Both the position numbers and the translations under genes were made by a program. Shown piece after piece: positions 7,659 through 15,137 of a DNA stretch of 51,610 nt. Source of the DNA: a virus; the IMG/VR virus record IMGVR_UViG_3300019487_000008, positions 1 through 51,610 of that record. The stretch is one strand, 5' to 3'. A model generated the notes under the pieces. It saw only the letters and a list, made by a program, of their open reading frames with translations, was not told the origin of the DNA and made no database searches. How positions within the stretch are numbered: position 1 is the first letter of the stretch; each line of letters opens with the position of its first letter.

Positions 7659-8093
7659 ATGCTCGCCTCAAACGTCACGCGCGAAACCCTCGTCAAAGCG
7701 GCCAGCGAAGTTGGAGTGACCCTAGACCTCGACCGCCGAAATCACGCTGGCACCCGCTGGCGTCTCCGCCTGCTTCCACAAGTGCACCCTTGGAATCTCA
7801 CCAAAGGGGGCCGCCGGCGGCCCGGGCCCCACGGAGACGCGAAATACCAGCGCGAATCCGTTGGCTACAGCACGGCAGGCCGCCGGGTCCATGCGGTCTG
7901 TTGGCACGGCCACCGCGATTTCTTCCGAGCCGTCTACGATCGGGAGCCCGAGGCCATCTTCCGAACTGTACTCACCACCTACAAAGGCTGGGCTGATTTC
8001 GAGTCGCACTACTCTGCGACCGGCTCCCGAAATATCGGCCCTCCCATCGCGCCGGTTCCAGTCTCAGAAGCCTGCCGGTGCCAGAGCAGCTAG
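7659..8093 (+). CDS. hypothetical protein
   Basis: 144 aa. ATG lies 4 nt after the preceding stop. No motif recognised. Confidence 0.5.
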   Translation: MLASNVTRETLVKAASEVGVTLDLDRRNHAGTRWRLRLLPQVHPWNLTKGGRRRPGPHGDAKYQRESVGYSTAGRRVHAVCWHGHRDFFRAVYDREPEAIFRTVLTTYKGWADFESHYSATGSRNIGPPIAPVPVSEACRCQSS

Positions 8094-8115
8094 TCATTCA
8101 ACAGGAGAATCTTCC

Positions 8116-8403
8116 GTGTCAGAAGCGACCTTCCGAAAAATACGCCAATACATCGACCCTCCTGCGCAGTGTGACCTTTGTGACTTTCCCATCAGCCATG
8201 TCTTCGTTGACGGCCGTGTAGAGGGGGGCTCAAGTTGGGCCAATATGTGCCTCCCTTGTTGGCACCGCCGGGGGACCGGGCTAGGCACGGGGTCCGGCCA
8301 AGTGTATGCTGCCCTGCCGACTTCCGAACTACAGGAACATCCCAGACTACGGGAACTCCTGAAGGCTGAACCCCGGCGGCGTTTCTACAAGATTGCAGGG
8401 TGA
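8116..8403 (+). CDS. hypothetical zinc-ribbon-like protein
   Basis: 95 aa from GTG preceded by AGGAG. CDLC...CLPC pairs. Confidence 0.45.
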   Translation: MSEATFRKIRQYIDPPAQCDLCDFPISHVFVDGRVEGGSSWANMCLPCWHRRGTGLGTGSGQVYAALPTSELQEHPRLRELLKAEPRRRFYKIAG

Positions 8404-8780
8404 ACAGACCTACGATTCACGAAATAGCCCGGCGCCTCGCCGAGCCCATTCCCCAGCGCCGCCGGCCTGCCCCTAGGCCACGCAAATCCTGGCGCAGCCT
8501 CAAAGCTGGCGTGAACCTTCGGGCCCTTCCCTCATGCGAGGACGCGCCTGCCGGCACCATCTACGAGGTCCTAAGCTGTGACACGGATGGCGCCTGGCTG
8601 CGGCGCGCTGACTGGCCTTCCCAACCTGTGGTGATTCAGCTACGCCTCACCAGGCCCGACTGGGAACAGGAATGGGCCCGAGTTCGCCCACCGAGGCGAC
8701 AGGCCGCTCGGCAGGCGAATCTTCCGATTTCGGGATCTTCCGATTCTAGGACGGCTTCCGATCCTCGGACGGCAGGATGA
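8400..8780 (+). CDS. hypothetical protein
   Basis: 126 aa. GTG start in a GTGA overlap with the previous stop. The C-terminus reads through the TCCGAT motif cluster. Confidence 0.45.
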   Translation: MNRPTIHEIARRLAEPIPQRRRPAPRPRKSWRSLKAGVNLRALPSCEDAPAGTIYEVLSCDTDGAWLRRADWPSQPVVIQLRLTRPDWEQEWARVRPPRRQAARQANLPISGSSDSRTASDPRTAG

Positions 8781-8836
8781 TCTTCCGATTTCCAGGGGGG
8801 CCCTCCCATTGGTACCCATTGACATCTTCCGATCTC
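8719..8836 (+). promoter_or_regulatory. cluster of five (A/G)(T/C)CTTCCGAT(T/C)(T/C)(C/T) motifs
   Basis: Copies at 8719-8731, 8735-8747, 8753-8765 (ggcttccgatcct), 8780-8792 and 8824-8836. The last copy lies in the spacer of the promoter at 8819-8848. Confidence 0.6.
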
Positions 8837-8848
8837 GCCCTGTAGAAT
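8819..8848 (+). promoter_or_regulatory. sigma70-like promoter, TTGACA-18-TAGAAT
   Basis: Perfect -35 (8819-8824) and TAGAAT (8843-8848). The ATG of the nuclease gene is only 9 nt after the -10, which implies a leaderless or near-leaderless mRNA. Confidence 0.5.
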
Positions 8849-8857
8849 GAGCCCAGC

Positions 8858-9928
8858 ATGACCTCGCCGGCTCCCTCCTTCGTTCCCAAGCCCAGCCCCG
8901 ACTCGACCGCTACCCGCTTCGGTCACCACTATGTTTCCGATTGGGTGGCCTGCCGGAGAAAGTGGTTCTACCGGTACGTCTTCCCTACGGCCAGCGGACA
9001 GCTCATCGGCATCGTCCATCCCTACACCAACCCCGCTCCCATGCTCGGGCAAACCGTTCACGAGGGCCTTGCCGCGTGGTATCTCTCGGGGTGGCGCAGC
9101 GGCGCCGACACCGGAGAGTACGATCTCGGCCGCGCCCTGCTCGCTGCCGAAGCCGCCGCCACCAAAAGCCAACCCTCCTACCAGGATCCCGAACGCTGGA
9201 CCCAGGACTGGGCCCAAGCCCGCGAACTGCTCACCCAATATCACGAGACCTTCGGACCCCAGGGCCTCGCCCCAGACTGGCCGCGCATCAAAGTCATCGG
9301 CGACGCCTCTGGCGCCCCCCTGGTCGAGCGCGCCTGGGAGGTTCCCATCATCACCTCTGAGGGTGGCCGCTACGTCTACACTTGTCGCACCGACCTCATT
9401 GTGGAAGACGTTGGCTACCTCCAAGTGATGGAGCACAAAACCTCCGTAGCCTCGTGGGTTGCACGGCGCACCGCCTCGGCCCAAATGGACTCCCAATTCA
9501 CCGGCGAGCTGGCCGCCCTCCACCACCATTTCCCCGACCTGCCCTGCTGGGGCGTCAAACTCAACGTGCTGGTCAAAGGACGCTCCAAGACCTCAGGCAA
9601 GTTCAACGCAGCCGAACGTGAGACCATCACCCGAACCCCTGAGGACGTGGCCTCCTATCTCGATGAGGCCGCCGGCCTGTTGGGCGAGATCGACCGCGCC
9701 ACAGCCTGCTTCGCTGACCGGCTCAAGGCCGGCGATCCCTGGCAAGTGGCAGCCCAGCGCGCTGGCTTCTGGGAAACTGGCAGGCGCACCGATCACTGCC
9801 ACTCTTTCAATTCACGCTGCGCCTACTACGACCTGTGCCGCATGAAGGGTCACGAGGACAATTTCCTACCTGACTTCCGACCCCGGGTCCCAGAGCCCGT
9901 GGGGGTCGCAGAGGACGCCGAACTATGA
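8858..9928 (+). CDS. PD-(D/E)XK exonuclease, Cas4/RecB-like with Cys cluster
   Basis: 356 aa. N-terminal Cys (WVACRRKW). Motifs TVHEGL, CRTDLIVED, LQVMEHKTS (D...E-x-K). C-terminal CHSFNSRCAYYDLC, consistent with a 4-Cys Fe-S site. Confidence 0.75.
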   Translation: MTSPAPSFVPKPSPDSTATRFGHHYVSDWVACRRKWFYRYVFPTASGQLIGIVHPYTNPAPMLGQTVHEGLAAWYLSGWRSGADTGEYDLGRALLAAEAAATKSQPSYQDPERWTQDWAQARELLTQYHETFGPQGLAPDWPRIKVIGDASGAPLVERAWEVPIITSEGGRYVYTCRTDLIVEDVGYLQVMEHKTSVASWVARRTASAQMDSQFTGELAALHHHFPDLPCWGVKLNVLVKGRSKTSGKFNAAERETITRTPEDVASYLDEAAGLLGEIDRATACFADRLKAGDPWQVAAQRAGFWETGRRTDHCHSFNSRCAYYDLCRMKGHEDNFLPDFRPRVPEPVGVAEDAEL

Positions 9929-10341
9929 CCATCATCTTTCGACGCTGGTTCAAGGAGGATGACCTTGACCCCAAGCCCGCCCCTGATGTAACATCCGACC
10001 TCGCAACCAACCCCACTACCTCCATAGGAGACACCATGCCCGAGTCCCAGCCCTCCATGTTCGCAGACGACGGCTTCAAGGCTGCATCCACAGACGAGAG
10101 CCCCGCCTCCAAGACCCACGCTCGCCGTCGGGCCGCCTTCCAACACCAAGTCGCTCGCCGGATCAACCGGGTCCTCGACGAGATGACCACCCTCCAGACC
10201 CTCGCTGATCGCTACCGCGGCATCTACGAGCCGAGCGACGCCTCGGCCATCACTCAAGCCCTGAGCGAAGCCCTCGTGCGGCTGGAGAATGCTCTGGAGT
10301 CGCAGCCGACCTCCGGGCCGGCTTTCGGGTTCAAGGAGTAG
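9925..10341 (+). CDS. hypothetical protein
   Basis: 138 aa. ATGA overlap with the nuclease stop. Confidence 0.5.
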   Translation: MTIIFRRWFKEDDLDPKPAPDVTSDLATNPTTSIGDTMPESQPSMFADDGFKAASTDESPASKTHARRRAAFQHQVARRINRVLDEMTTLQTLADRYRGIYEPSDASAITQALSEALVRLENALESQPTSGPAFGFKE

Positions 10342-10407
10342 GCACGGGAGTGGTTTTCGACGATCCCGTCCTCGACGAGAAATAGCTACGACTCCCATGG
10401 AGACCTA

Positions 10408-11256
10408 ATGACCCTCCGCACCATCGACTCCCGCAACATCAAAGAGGCCCGCCTCTCGGTGGCCTACAGCGGACCCGAAAAATCCGGCAAGACCCACAAC
10501 GCCTTCTCGTGGCCGGAACCAATCGTCTCCCTGTACCCAGACCCCAACACCGAAACCGTCCGAGGATTCATCCTGGAAGGACGCAAGATCCAACTCTACG
10601 TCCCCTCCAACTTTCAGGAGATCGAAAACGAGTTCCTGCCGATGGTGGTCAACCGCAAGTTCGACGCCAACACCATCGTCATCGACTCCTACTCGTTCGT
10701 GGATGTGCTGCTCAACAGCGACTACTGCGGCGCCAGTGGTGACCGGAAAATCACCATCGCCGAGTGGGGCGCCATCCGATCGCGCCACATGAAGCTGGTG
10801 AACCAGCTCCTCACCGCCACGAAGCCCATCCCAGGCAAGCCGGCCTACCATCTCGTGGTCACGGCTCACCTGAGCGATGTGCTGGACGACAAGGGCGCCG
10901 TCGTCGCTACTCGCCCTGCCATCCAGGGGGGCTTCAAGGACATCTTCGGTCGGTGCTTCGGCTCCCTGTTCTACTGCGAAGCCAAGACGGTGCGCCCGGT
11001 CACCGGAACCACCCTCGGGCCTCCCGAGGTCCAGTACCGCGTCCACACCGTACCGCCGAACGAGCGAATCGCCTGTGGTGATGGGGTAGGGGGCAAGGGT
11101 GGCTACAAGCGGCTGCCCCCTGTCCTCGAAGGAACCTACCCCTCCCTGTGCAAAGCCTGGGGGAAGGATCCGACCGCAGCGACCCCGCTCGTCCCCGCGT
11201 CCTCCGACATCGACAGCCTTCTCCCTGACCCGGCAACCGCCACAGTGAAAGCCTGA
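10408..11256 (+). CDS. AAA_24 / Sak4-like RecA-fold ATPase
   Basis: 282 aa. Walker A GPEKSGKT, Walker B TIVIDSYS, VVTAHL. Typical partner of phage exonuclease/SSB modules. Confidence 0.7.
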   Translation: MTLRTIDSRNIKEARLSVAYSGPEKSGKTHNAFSWPEPIVSLYPDPNTETVRGFILEGRKIQLYVPSNFQEIENEFLPMVVNRKFDANTIVIDSYSFVDVLLNSDYCGASGDRKITIAEWGAIRSRHMKLVNQLLTATKPIPGKPAYHLVVTAHLSDVLDDKGAVVATRPAIQGGFKDIFGRCFGSLFYCEAKTVRPVTGTTLGPPEVQYRVHTVPPNERIACGDGVGGKGGYKRLPPVLEGTYPSLCKAWGKDPTAATPLVPASSDIDSLLPDPATATVKA

Positions 11257-11286
11257 CCCAACCACCAACCAGGAGACCCAGACCCA

Positions 11287-11796
11287 ATGTCCCTCTACGA
11301 CTACGATCCCGAATCCGAGAAGCGGCCCTACCTGCCGGTCGCCGGTCGCTACGGCACCGGCCAGCCCAATGGGGGCGACGTGAAGTGGACCGATTTCATC
11401 CCGTCGTGCCGCGAGGCAGCCGTCAAGTCCGAGACCCCAGACTTCGAGGCAGGCCCCGGCTACGACCGCAAGTGCGAACGCGACGACTACGCTCGCTTTC
11501 AGTTCCAGGTCCAGCACCCGGTCCACGGCCTCGTCAACATCTTCGACTGGCAACCCCTGAGGGCTCACTCGGGCTCCAAGCTGTTGCCCATCCTGCGGGC
11601 CCTCAAGGTCCCCATGGAGGACACGACGGGCCCCGATGGCAAGCCCCGACAGCGCCTCCACTTCGAGACGGTCGAGAAGATACTCGCCAACGGTGGCGTT
11701 CCGTGCGTCGTCGAGATCGGCGAGCCCAGCCAGTCCAAGAAGGACAAGACCGTCCACTACACGGGCAATCTGATCGCCGTGTTCGGCCTGGACTAG
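11287..11796 (+). CDS. hypothetical protein (position suggests a DUF669-like ssDNA-binding partner)
   Basis: 169 aa with SD AGGAGA. Immediately follows the AAA_24 ATPase. The function is inferred from position only. Confidence 0.5.
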   Translation: MSLYDYDPESEKRPYLPVAGRYGTGQPNGGDVKWTDFIPSCREAAVKSETPDFEAGPGYDRKCERDDYARFQFQVQHPVHGLVNIFDWQPLRAHSGSKLLPILRALKVPMEDTTGPDGKPRQRLHFETVEKILANGGVPCVVEIGEPSQSKKDKTVHYTGNLIAVFGLD

Positions 11797-11805
11797 GGGT
11801 CGCTG

Positions 11806-12258
11806 GTGCAGCCCCACATCTGCACCCCTGAGCAGTTCTTGGAGTGGACGGGTCGCAAAATGCACCCGTCCCTCCAAGGACTCCGGCTCACGGGTTCTCG
11901 CATCCTGGTGGCCCGCTTCGAGGCCCCGGAGACCTGGACCAGCGACCCCGACTCCAACAGCCCGGGCATCATCATCCCCGATACGGTGCGGTCCCTGGAA
12001 CCGCCGGGTGCGGGGGTCATCGTAGGAGTCGGCCCCACCTGCGGGAAGATCCTGGCCCCGTACCCCGGGGCTCTCGAAGTGAACAACCCAGAGGACGTCC
12101 TCGGGCTCCAGGTCTACTTCAAGATGCACACTGGGGTCAGCTTCCGACTGGACATCCGAGACAGGGAGTTCCAGTCTGAGATGCTCATTCTCACCGACCG
12201 GGACATCCAGGCGTGGATTCCGCGAGGGCCAGCCCCCTTCAGGATGGGACCGGGGTAA
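11806..12258 (+). CDS. GroES/Cpn10-like co-chaperonin
   Basis: 150 aa. LRLTGSRILVARFE...PGIIIPDTV...GAGVIVGVG...LQVYF...MLILTDRDIQAWI parallels the GroES pattern (I-P-L-x-D-R-V-L-V...GGI-x-LP...G-x-V-x-AVG...DILA). Start (GTG 11806 or ATG 11860) is uncertain. Confidence 0.6.
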   Translation: MQPHICTPEQFLEWTGRKMHPSLQGLRLTGSRILVARFEAPETWTSDPDSNSPGIIIPDTVRSLEPPGAGVIVGVGPTCGKILAPYPGALEVNNPEDVLGLQVYFKMHTGVSFRLDIRDREFQSEMLILTDRDIQAWIPRGPAPFRMGPG

Positions 12259-12260
12259 CC

Positions 12261-12578
12261 ATGGCAGACATGATCGACGACGGGTCCTGGGAGAGCCGGG
12301 TTCTCCGATTCATCATGGAGTCTGGAGACGCAGGAATGACCTGCGACGAAGTGGAGAAGGCGACCGGCGGCGTCCACCAGACTGTCTCCGCGCGCATCCA
12401 CTCTCTTCGAGGGAAGAACCTGATCGTGGCTTCAGGCAGGACCAGACTCAGCCGAAACTTCAAAGAGCAAAAGGTATGGGTCGGCAGGAGAGTCGCGGCC
12501 TCTCCTCAAGGGCCTCAGGGGCCTCAGGGGCCTCAGGTGGTGGTAGACGCTACTGGCGGACCCAAACACGACCTGTGA
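12261..12578 (+). CDS. winged-helix (MarR-like) DNA-binding protein
   Basis: 105 aa from the internal ATG. RVLRFIMESGDAGMTCDEVEKATGGVHQTVSARIHSLRGKNLIV. C-terminal QGPQGPQGPQ. Confidence 0.5.
   Translation: MADMIDDGSWESRVLRFIMESGDAGMTCDEVEKATGGVHQTVSARIHSLRGKNLIVASGRTRLSRNFKEQKVWVGRRVAASPQGPQGPQGPQVVVDATGGPKHDL
12504..12539 (+). repeat. 9-bp tandem repeat cctca(a/g)g(g/t)g x4
   Basis: Units at 12504-12512, 12513-12521, 12522-12530 and 12531-12539. Encodes the (QGP)n tail of the wHTH protein. Confidence 0.85.
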
Positions 12579-13231
12579 AGGGCCCTGTGAAACCCCTCCC
12601 CGAAACCTGCCGCGGCTGCCCTGCCTACGGATGGGGCGAAGGCTTCGTAGAGCCTGAAGGCCCCACCGACGCCACCTTCCTTTTCATCGGCCAAGGTCCA
12701 GGCAAGCAAGAAGCCATGTTCTCCCGGCCGTTCTTTCCCATGGCGCCGGCCGGCCAGCGCCTCGGGTACTGGCTCCATCGCTCCGGTCTAGGGCGGCACG
12801 AGGTCCTCATCGGAAACACGGTCCAGTGTTGGCTTCCAGCCCGGAAGGTCCGGTCTCTGGAGGCAGGTGGGCTCCCGGGAGCCGGACCAGGAGCAGCTTC
12901 CCAGGGCAATCAAGCGACATTCCCGACCCAGAGGGAGGCTGCTGGAAACCGGGAGCCCACCATCGCTGAGCAGCAGGCGTGTTGGGATCGCTACGTGGGG
13001 CCTTGGCTACGTCGTTTGCTGGAAGAGAACCCACGCCGCCACCTCATCGCCCTTGGCCAGTCGGCCTTCAAGTTCCTTTCCAACATGGACCCGAGAGCGT
13101 TTGAGCGGAACCTCGGGGTCACCCTCCAGGTAGAGTTGCCGCCGTCACCACTCGCGGTCGGTGACCTGCCTCCTGACCCCGAGGTTCCCGCCCCTCTCAC
13201 CCAGGCCCCTCTCGCCCAGGAGACCCCTTGA
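12575..13231 (+). CDS. uracil-DNA glycosylase superfamily protein, family-4-like with non-canonical motifs
   Basis: 218 aa. GTG start in a GTGA overlap. CRGCPAYGWG...FLFIGQGPGKQEAMFSRPFFPMAPAGQRL...VLIGNTVQCWLP matches the family-4 layout, but motif A is GQGPG and the motif-B position reads PPSPL. Has a ~45-aa insert. Confidence 0.65.
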   Translation: MKGPVKPLPETCRGCPAYGWGEGFVEPEGPTDATFLFIGQGPGKQEAMFSRPFFPMAPAGQRLGYWLHRSGLGRHEVLIGNTVQCWLPARKVRSLEAGGLPGAGPGAASQGNQATFPTQREAAGNREPTIAEQQACWDRYVGPWLRRLLEENPRRHLIALGQSAFKFLSNMDPRAFERNLGVTLQVELPPSPLAVGDLPPDPEVPAPLTQAPLAQETP

Positions 13232-13509
13232 TGCCGACTCCCGAAGAGAACCTCGAACAACTCCGCCGTGAAAAGAAACGCCGGGCCCGCACCATTCAAG
13301 CGGTGGCCGGCCTCGTAGGGGCTCTGGCCATTGGAACCTGCGGCTACCAGCAGCGCCGAGCCACTTGCATTGACCAGGCTGCCGCCGAGTTGGGGTTGTG
13401 GGACAGCCGCGACCTGAATGGGCTCAACTGGGATGCCCTCGATCAGCTCATGGAATCCAAGATCCAAGACTGCATCTTTGGAGGTCTCTCCAATGACCGC
13501 TCCGACTGA
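13231..13509 (+). CDS. hypothetical membrane protein
   Basis: 92 aa. ATG overlaps the UDG stop (TGATG). One hydrophobic segment (AVAGLVGALAIGTCG). Confidence 0.45.
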   Translation: MPTPEENLEQLRREKKRRARTIQAVAGLVGALAIGTCGYQQRRATCIDQAAAELGLWDSRDLNGLNWDALDQLMESKIQDCIFGGLSNDRSD

Positions 13510-13717
13510 CCCCTGGGCCGAGTTCGACCTGCGACTCGCCGAGTTGCGCCGAGACGTAACAGACCTCACCAAAGCCATCGAGGTCCTCGCTCGCCGTGTC
13601 GATGGGATTCGCCCGCAGATGTGGAATTGCCCTCACTGTGGACGACGGGTTTCCCAGAACGCCGAGTCCTGCGGGATTTGCGGCCAGCCCATTGACAGCC
13701 CTCTCCCCAGTTATTAA
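13493..13717 (+). CDS. hypothetical zinc-ribbon protein
   Basis: 74 aa with GGAGG upstream. CPHCGRRV...CGICGQP. Confidence 0.5.
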   Translation: MTAPTDPWAEFDLRLAELRRDVTDLTKAIEVLARRVDGIRPQMWNCPHCGRRVSQNAESCGICGQPIDSPLPSY

Positions 13718-13774
13718 CTTCACCCAGTACCAATCCCAATCCCAATCAGTAACACAAGAAAGGACCAATCCTCC

Positions 13775-14011
13775 ATGCCTCACAAGCCCCGCTCCAAGAG
13801 ATCCCGCCACACTCCCCCGCCGCGATCCCGAACCGACTGGCCCACCACTTTGAGCCAGGTCAGGAACGGCTGGCGAATCGTCCGCCGGGGCTACCGGAAC
13901 GTGAGGCGCATGACCTACTACCTGCGCGGGCGCTACCCGAAGTTCGAGTTCTCCGCGAGCACCAAAGGCGGCCGGGTGTGGGCGCGCCGTCGCGCCCGCC
14001 GCCGTCGCTAG
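13775..14011 (+). CDS. hypothetical highly basic (Arg-rich) protein
   Basis: 78 aa with AAGAAAGGA upstream. Arg-rich N- and C-termini. Confidence 0.45.
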   Translation: MPHKPRSKRSRHTPPPRSRTDWPTTLSQVRNGWRIVRRGYRNVRRMTYYLRGRYPKFEFSASTKGGRVWARRRARRRR

Positions 14012-14024
14012 AGGAGGCTGAGCC

Positions 14025-14255
14025 ATGGAATGGGGAAAGCAGGATGAACTTTCTTTCATTCGGCGTCTCGGATCCCACGCCCTCATGGCCTATTGCGCCT
14101 CGGGGCTCTCGGCTCACGATTGGCGCCTGAAGTGCCTGCGAGGCTACCTCCAGGCCATCGAGGAGAATCCGCCTCGCCGGTGGGGACTGAAACTCGACAC
14201 GACCAAACTCCGGGGCGTCGTCTCTCATGAGCTGAGCCATGCCCTCCTCAAGTAA
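14025..14255 (+). CDS. hypothetical protein
   Basis: 76 aa with SD GAGGAGG. Carries HELSH five residues from the C-terminus (see rejected list). Confidence 0.45.
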   Translation: MEWGKQDELSFIRRLGSHALMAYCASGLSAHDWRLKCLRGYLQAIEENPPRRWGLKLDTTKLRGVVSHELSHALLK

Positions 14256-14460
14256 TGTCATCCCCCTCGCGCCGTCCAGCCGCTTCGGTTGCCTCCTCTA
14301 TCGAGGCTGGGAGATCGACTGGGATGATGGCGCAGGGCAATGGCCTTCTGGGATTTGGCTGTTCTGGCCTGAAGGCAGGCCGCCAGACGGTGATGCTTGC
14401 CGGTGGGCCGAGTCCCTGGAGGAGGCGAAGCAGGAAATCGACATGGAGGTCGGGTTGTGA
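14239..14460 (+). CDS. hypothetical protein
   Basis: 73 aa. 17-nt overlap with the previous ORF. Trp-rich. Confidence 0.4.
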   Translation: MPSSSNVIPLAPSSRFGCLLYRGWEIDWDDGAGQWPSGIWLFWPEGRPPDGDACRWAESLEEAKQEIDMEVGL

Positions 14461-14515
14461 CCGGCAGTATGATGAACCCGAGCCGTCAACGGCGCGCCGG
14501 GAAGGAGGTGAGTCC

Positions 14516-14692
14516 GTGAAGTGGAGGATCCACTGGCTTGGCAAGTCCAAGGATGGCTACATGGTCATCTCGTGGCAGACCGCGGAGACCAAGCGGGAGG
14601 CTGTGCAGCTGCTGGAGTCGCAGGTCGAGTCCAAGACCGCGATCACGCGAATCGGTCACACATACATCGCGAAGATGCGAGACACGGGGTAG
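14516..14692 (+). CDS. hypothetical protein
   Basis: 58 aa from GTG preceded by GGAGG. Confidence 0.4.
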   Translation: MKWRIHWLGKSKDGYMVISWQTAETKREAVQLLESQVESKTAITRIGHTYIAKMRDTG

Positions 14693-14694
14693 CA

Positions 14695-15015
14695 ATGAAA
14701 CTCTCCGACGCACTCCGCAAGGGGATGGAGATGCATCCGGTTGGCTGTCGAAAGGCGTATTACGTGACTGATGCAGAAGGCGTCATCACGAAGACCTGCG
14801 CGCTGTTCGCGATCTACGAGGGCATGTTCGGGAAGCTTACAAGCGAGGCGGAGTTGTTGAACGATTATTCTGTCCTCTTCTGTTTTACTCCCGTCTGTCG
14901 CGTGCAGTGCTGCACGCGACAGCACGAAATCGCAGGGTACATCCTCCACGCGACCGACGTGCACGGCCGCACGCGGGAGGAAATCCTAGCGTGGCTCGAA
15001 AGGGAAGGGCTGTGA
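14695..15015 (+). CDS. conserved hypothetical Cys-containing protein
   Basis: 106 aa. ATG is 3 nt after the previous stop. The ending HATDVHGRTREEILAWLEREGL resembles a small phage/bacterial family I recall only by pattern. Confidence 0.5.
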   Translation: MKLSDALRKGMEMHPVGCRKAYYVTDAEGVITKTCALFAIYEGMFGKLTSEAELLNDYSVLFCFTPVCRVQCCTRQHEIAGYILHATDVHGRTREEILAWLEREGL

Positions 15016-15137
15016 CCACGCGACTGCTCGCCTACCACGGAGACCCCGCCATCAAGGCCAAATACCTGGCCCGCGCCCGCGCGCACCGCGAGGCCGACGA
15101 GCTGCTGCGGCTGCTGCGCGAGGCGCCGGTCGTATGA
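15012..15137 (+). CDS. short ORF, possibly a truncated gene remnant
   Basis: 41 aa. GTGA overlap start. LLAYHGDPAIKAKYLARARAHREADELL looks like the N-terminus of a longer family, but the ORF stops early. Confidence 0.3.
   Translation: MTTRLLAYHGDPAIKAKYLARARAHREADELLRLLREAPVV

Noticed and set aside
8636-9529. 297-aa minus-strand ORF
   Set aside because: Antisense to the Cas4-like exonuclease, whose catalytic and Cys motifs are intact. No SD.
10405-12129. 574-aa minus-strand ORF, one of the longest in the track
   Set aside because: It is antisense to four motif-bearing, SD-preceded plus-strand genes (AAA_24 ATPase, GroES-like and others). Its translation is Gly/Val/Asp/Leu/Arg-rich with no motifs, typical of a shadow ORF in GC-rich DNA.
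14025-14460. HELSH (HExxH) at the extreme C-terminus of the 76-aa ORF, possibly extended by frameshifting into 14239-14460 to make a metalloprotease
   Set aside because: The motif is 5 residues from the stop, so no downstream third ligand exists. The next ORF is in the +1 frame rather than -1, with no slippery sequence noticed. A chance HExxH in one of ~80 ORFs is plausible.
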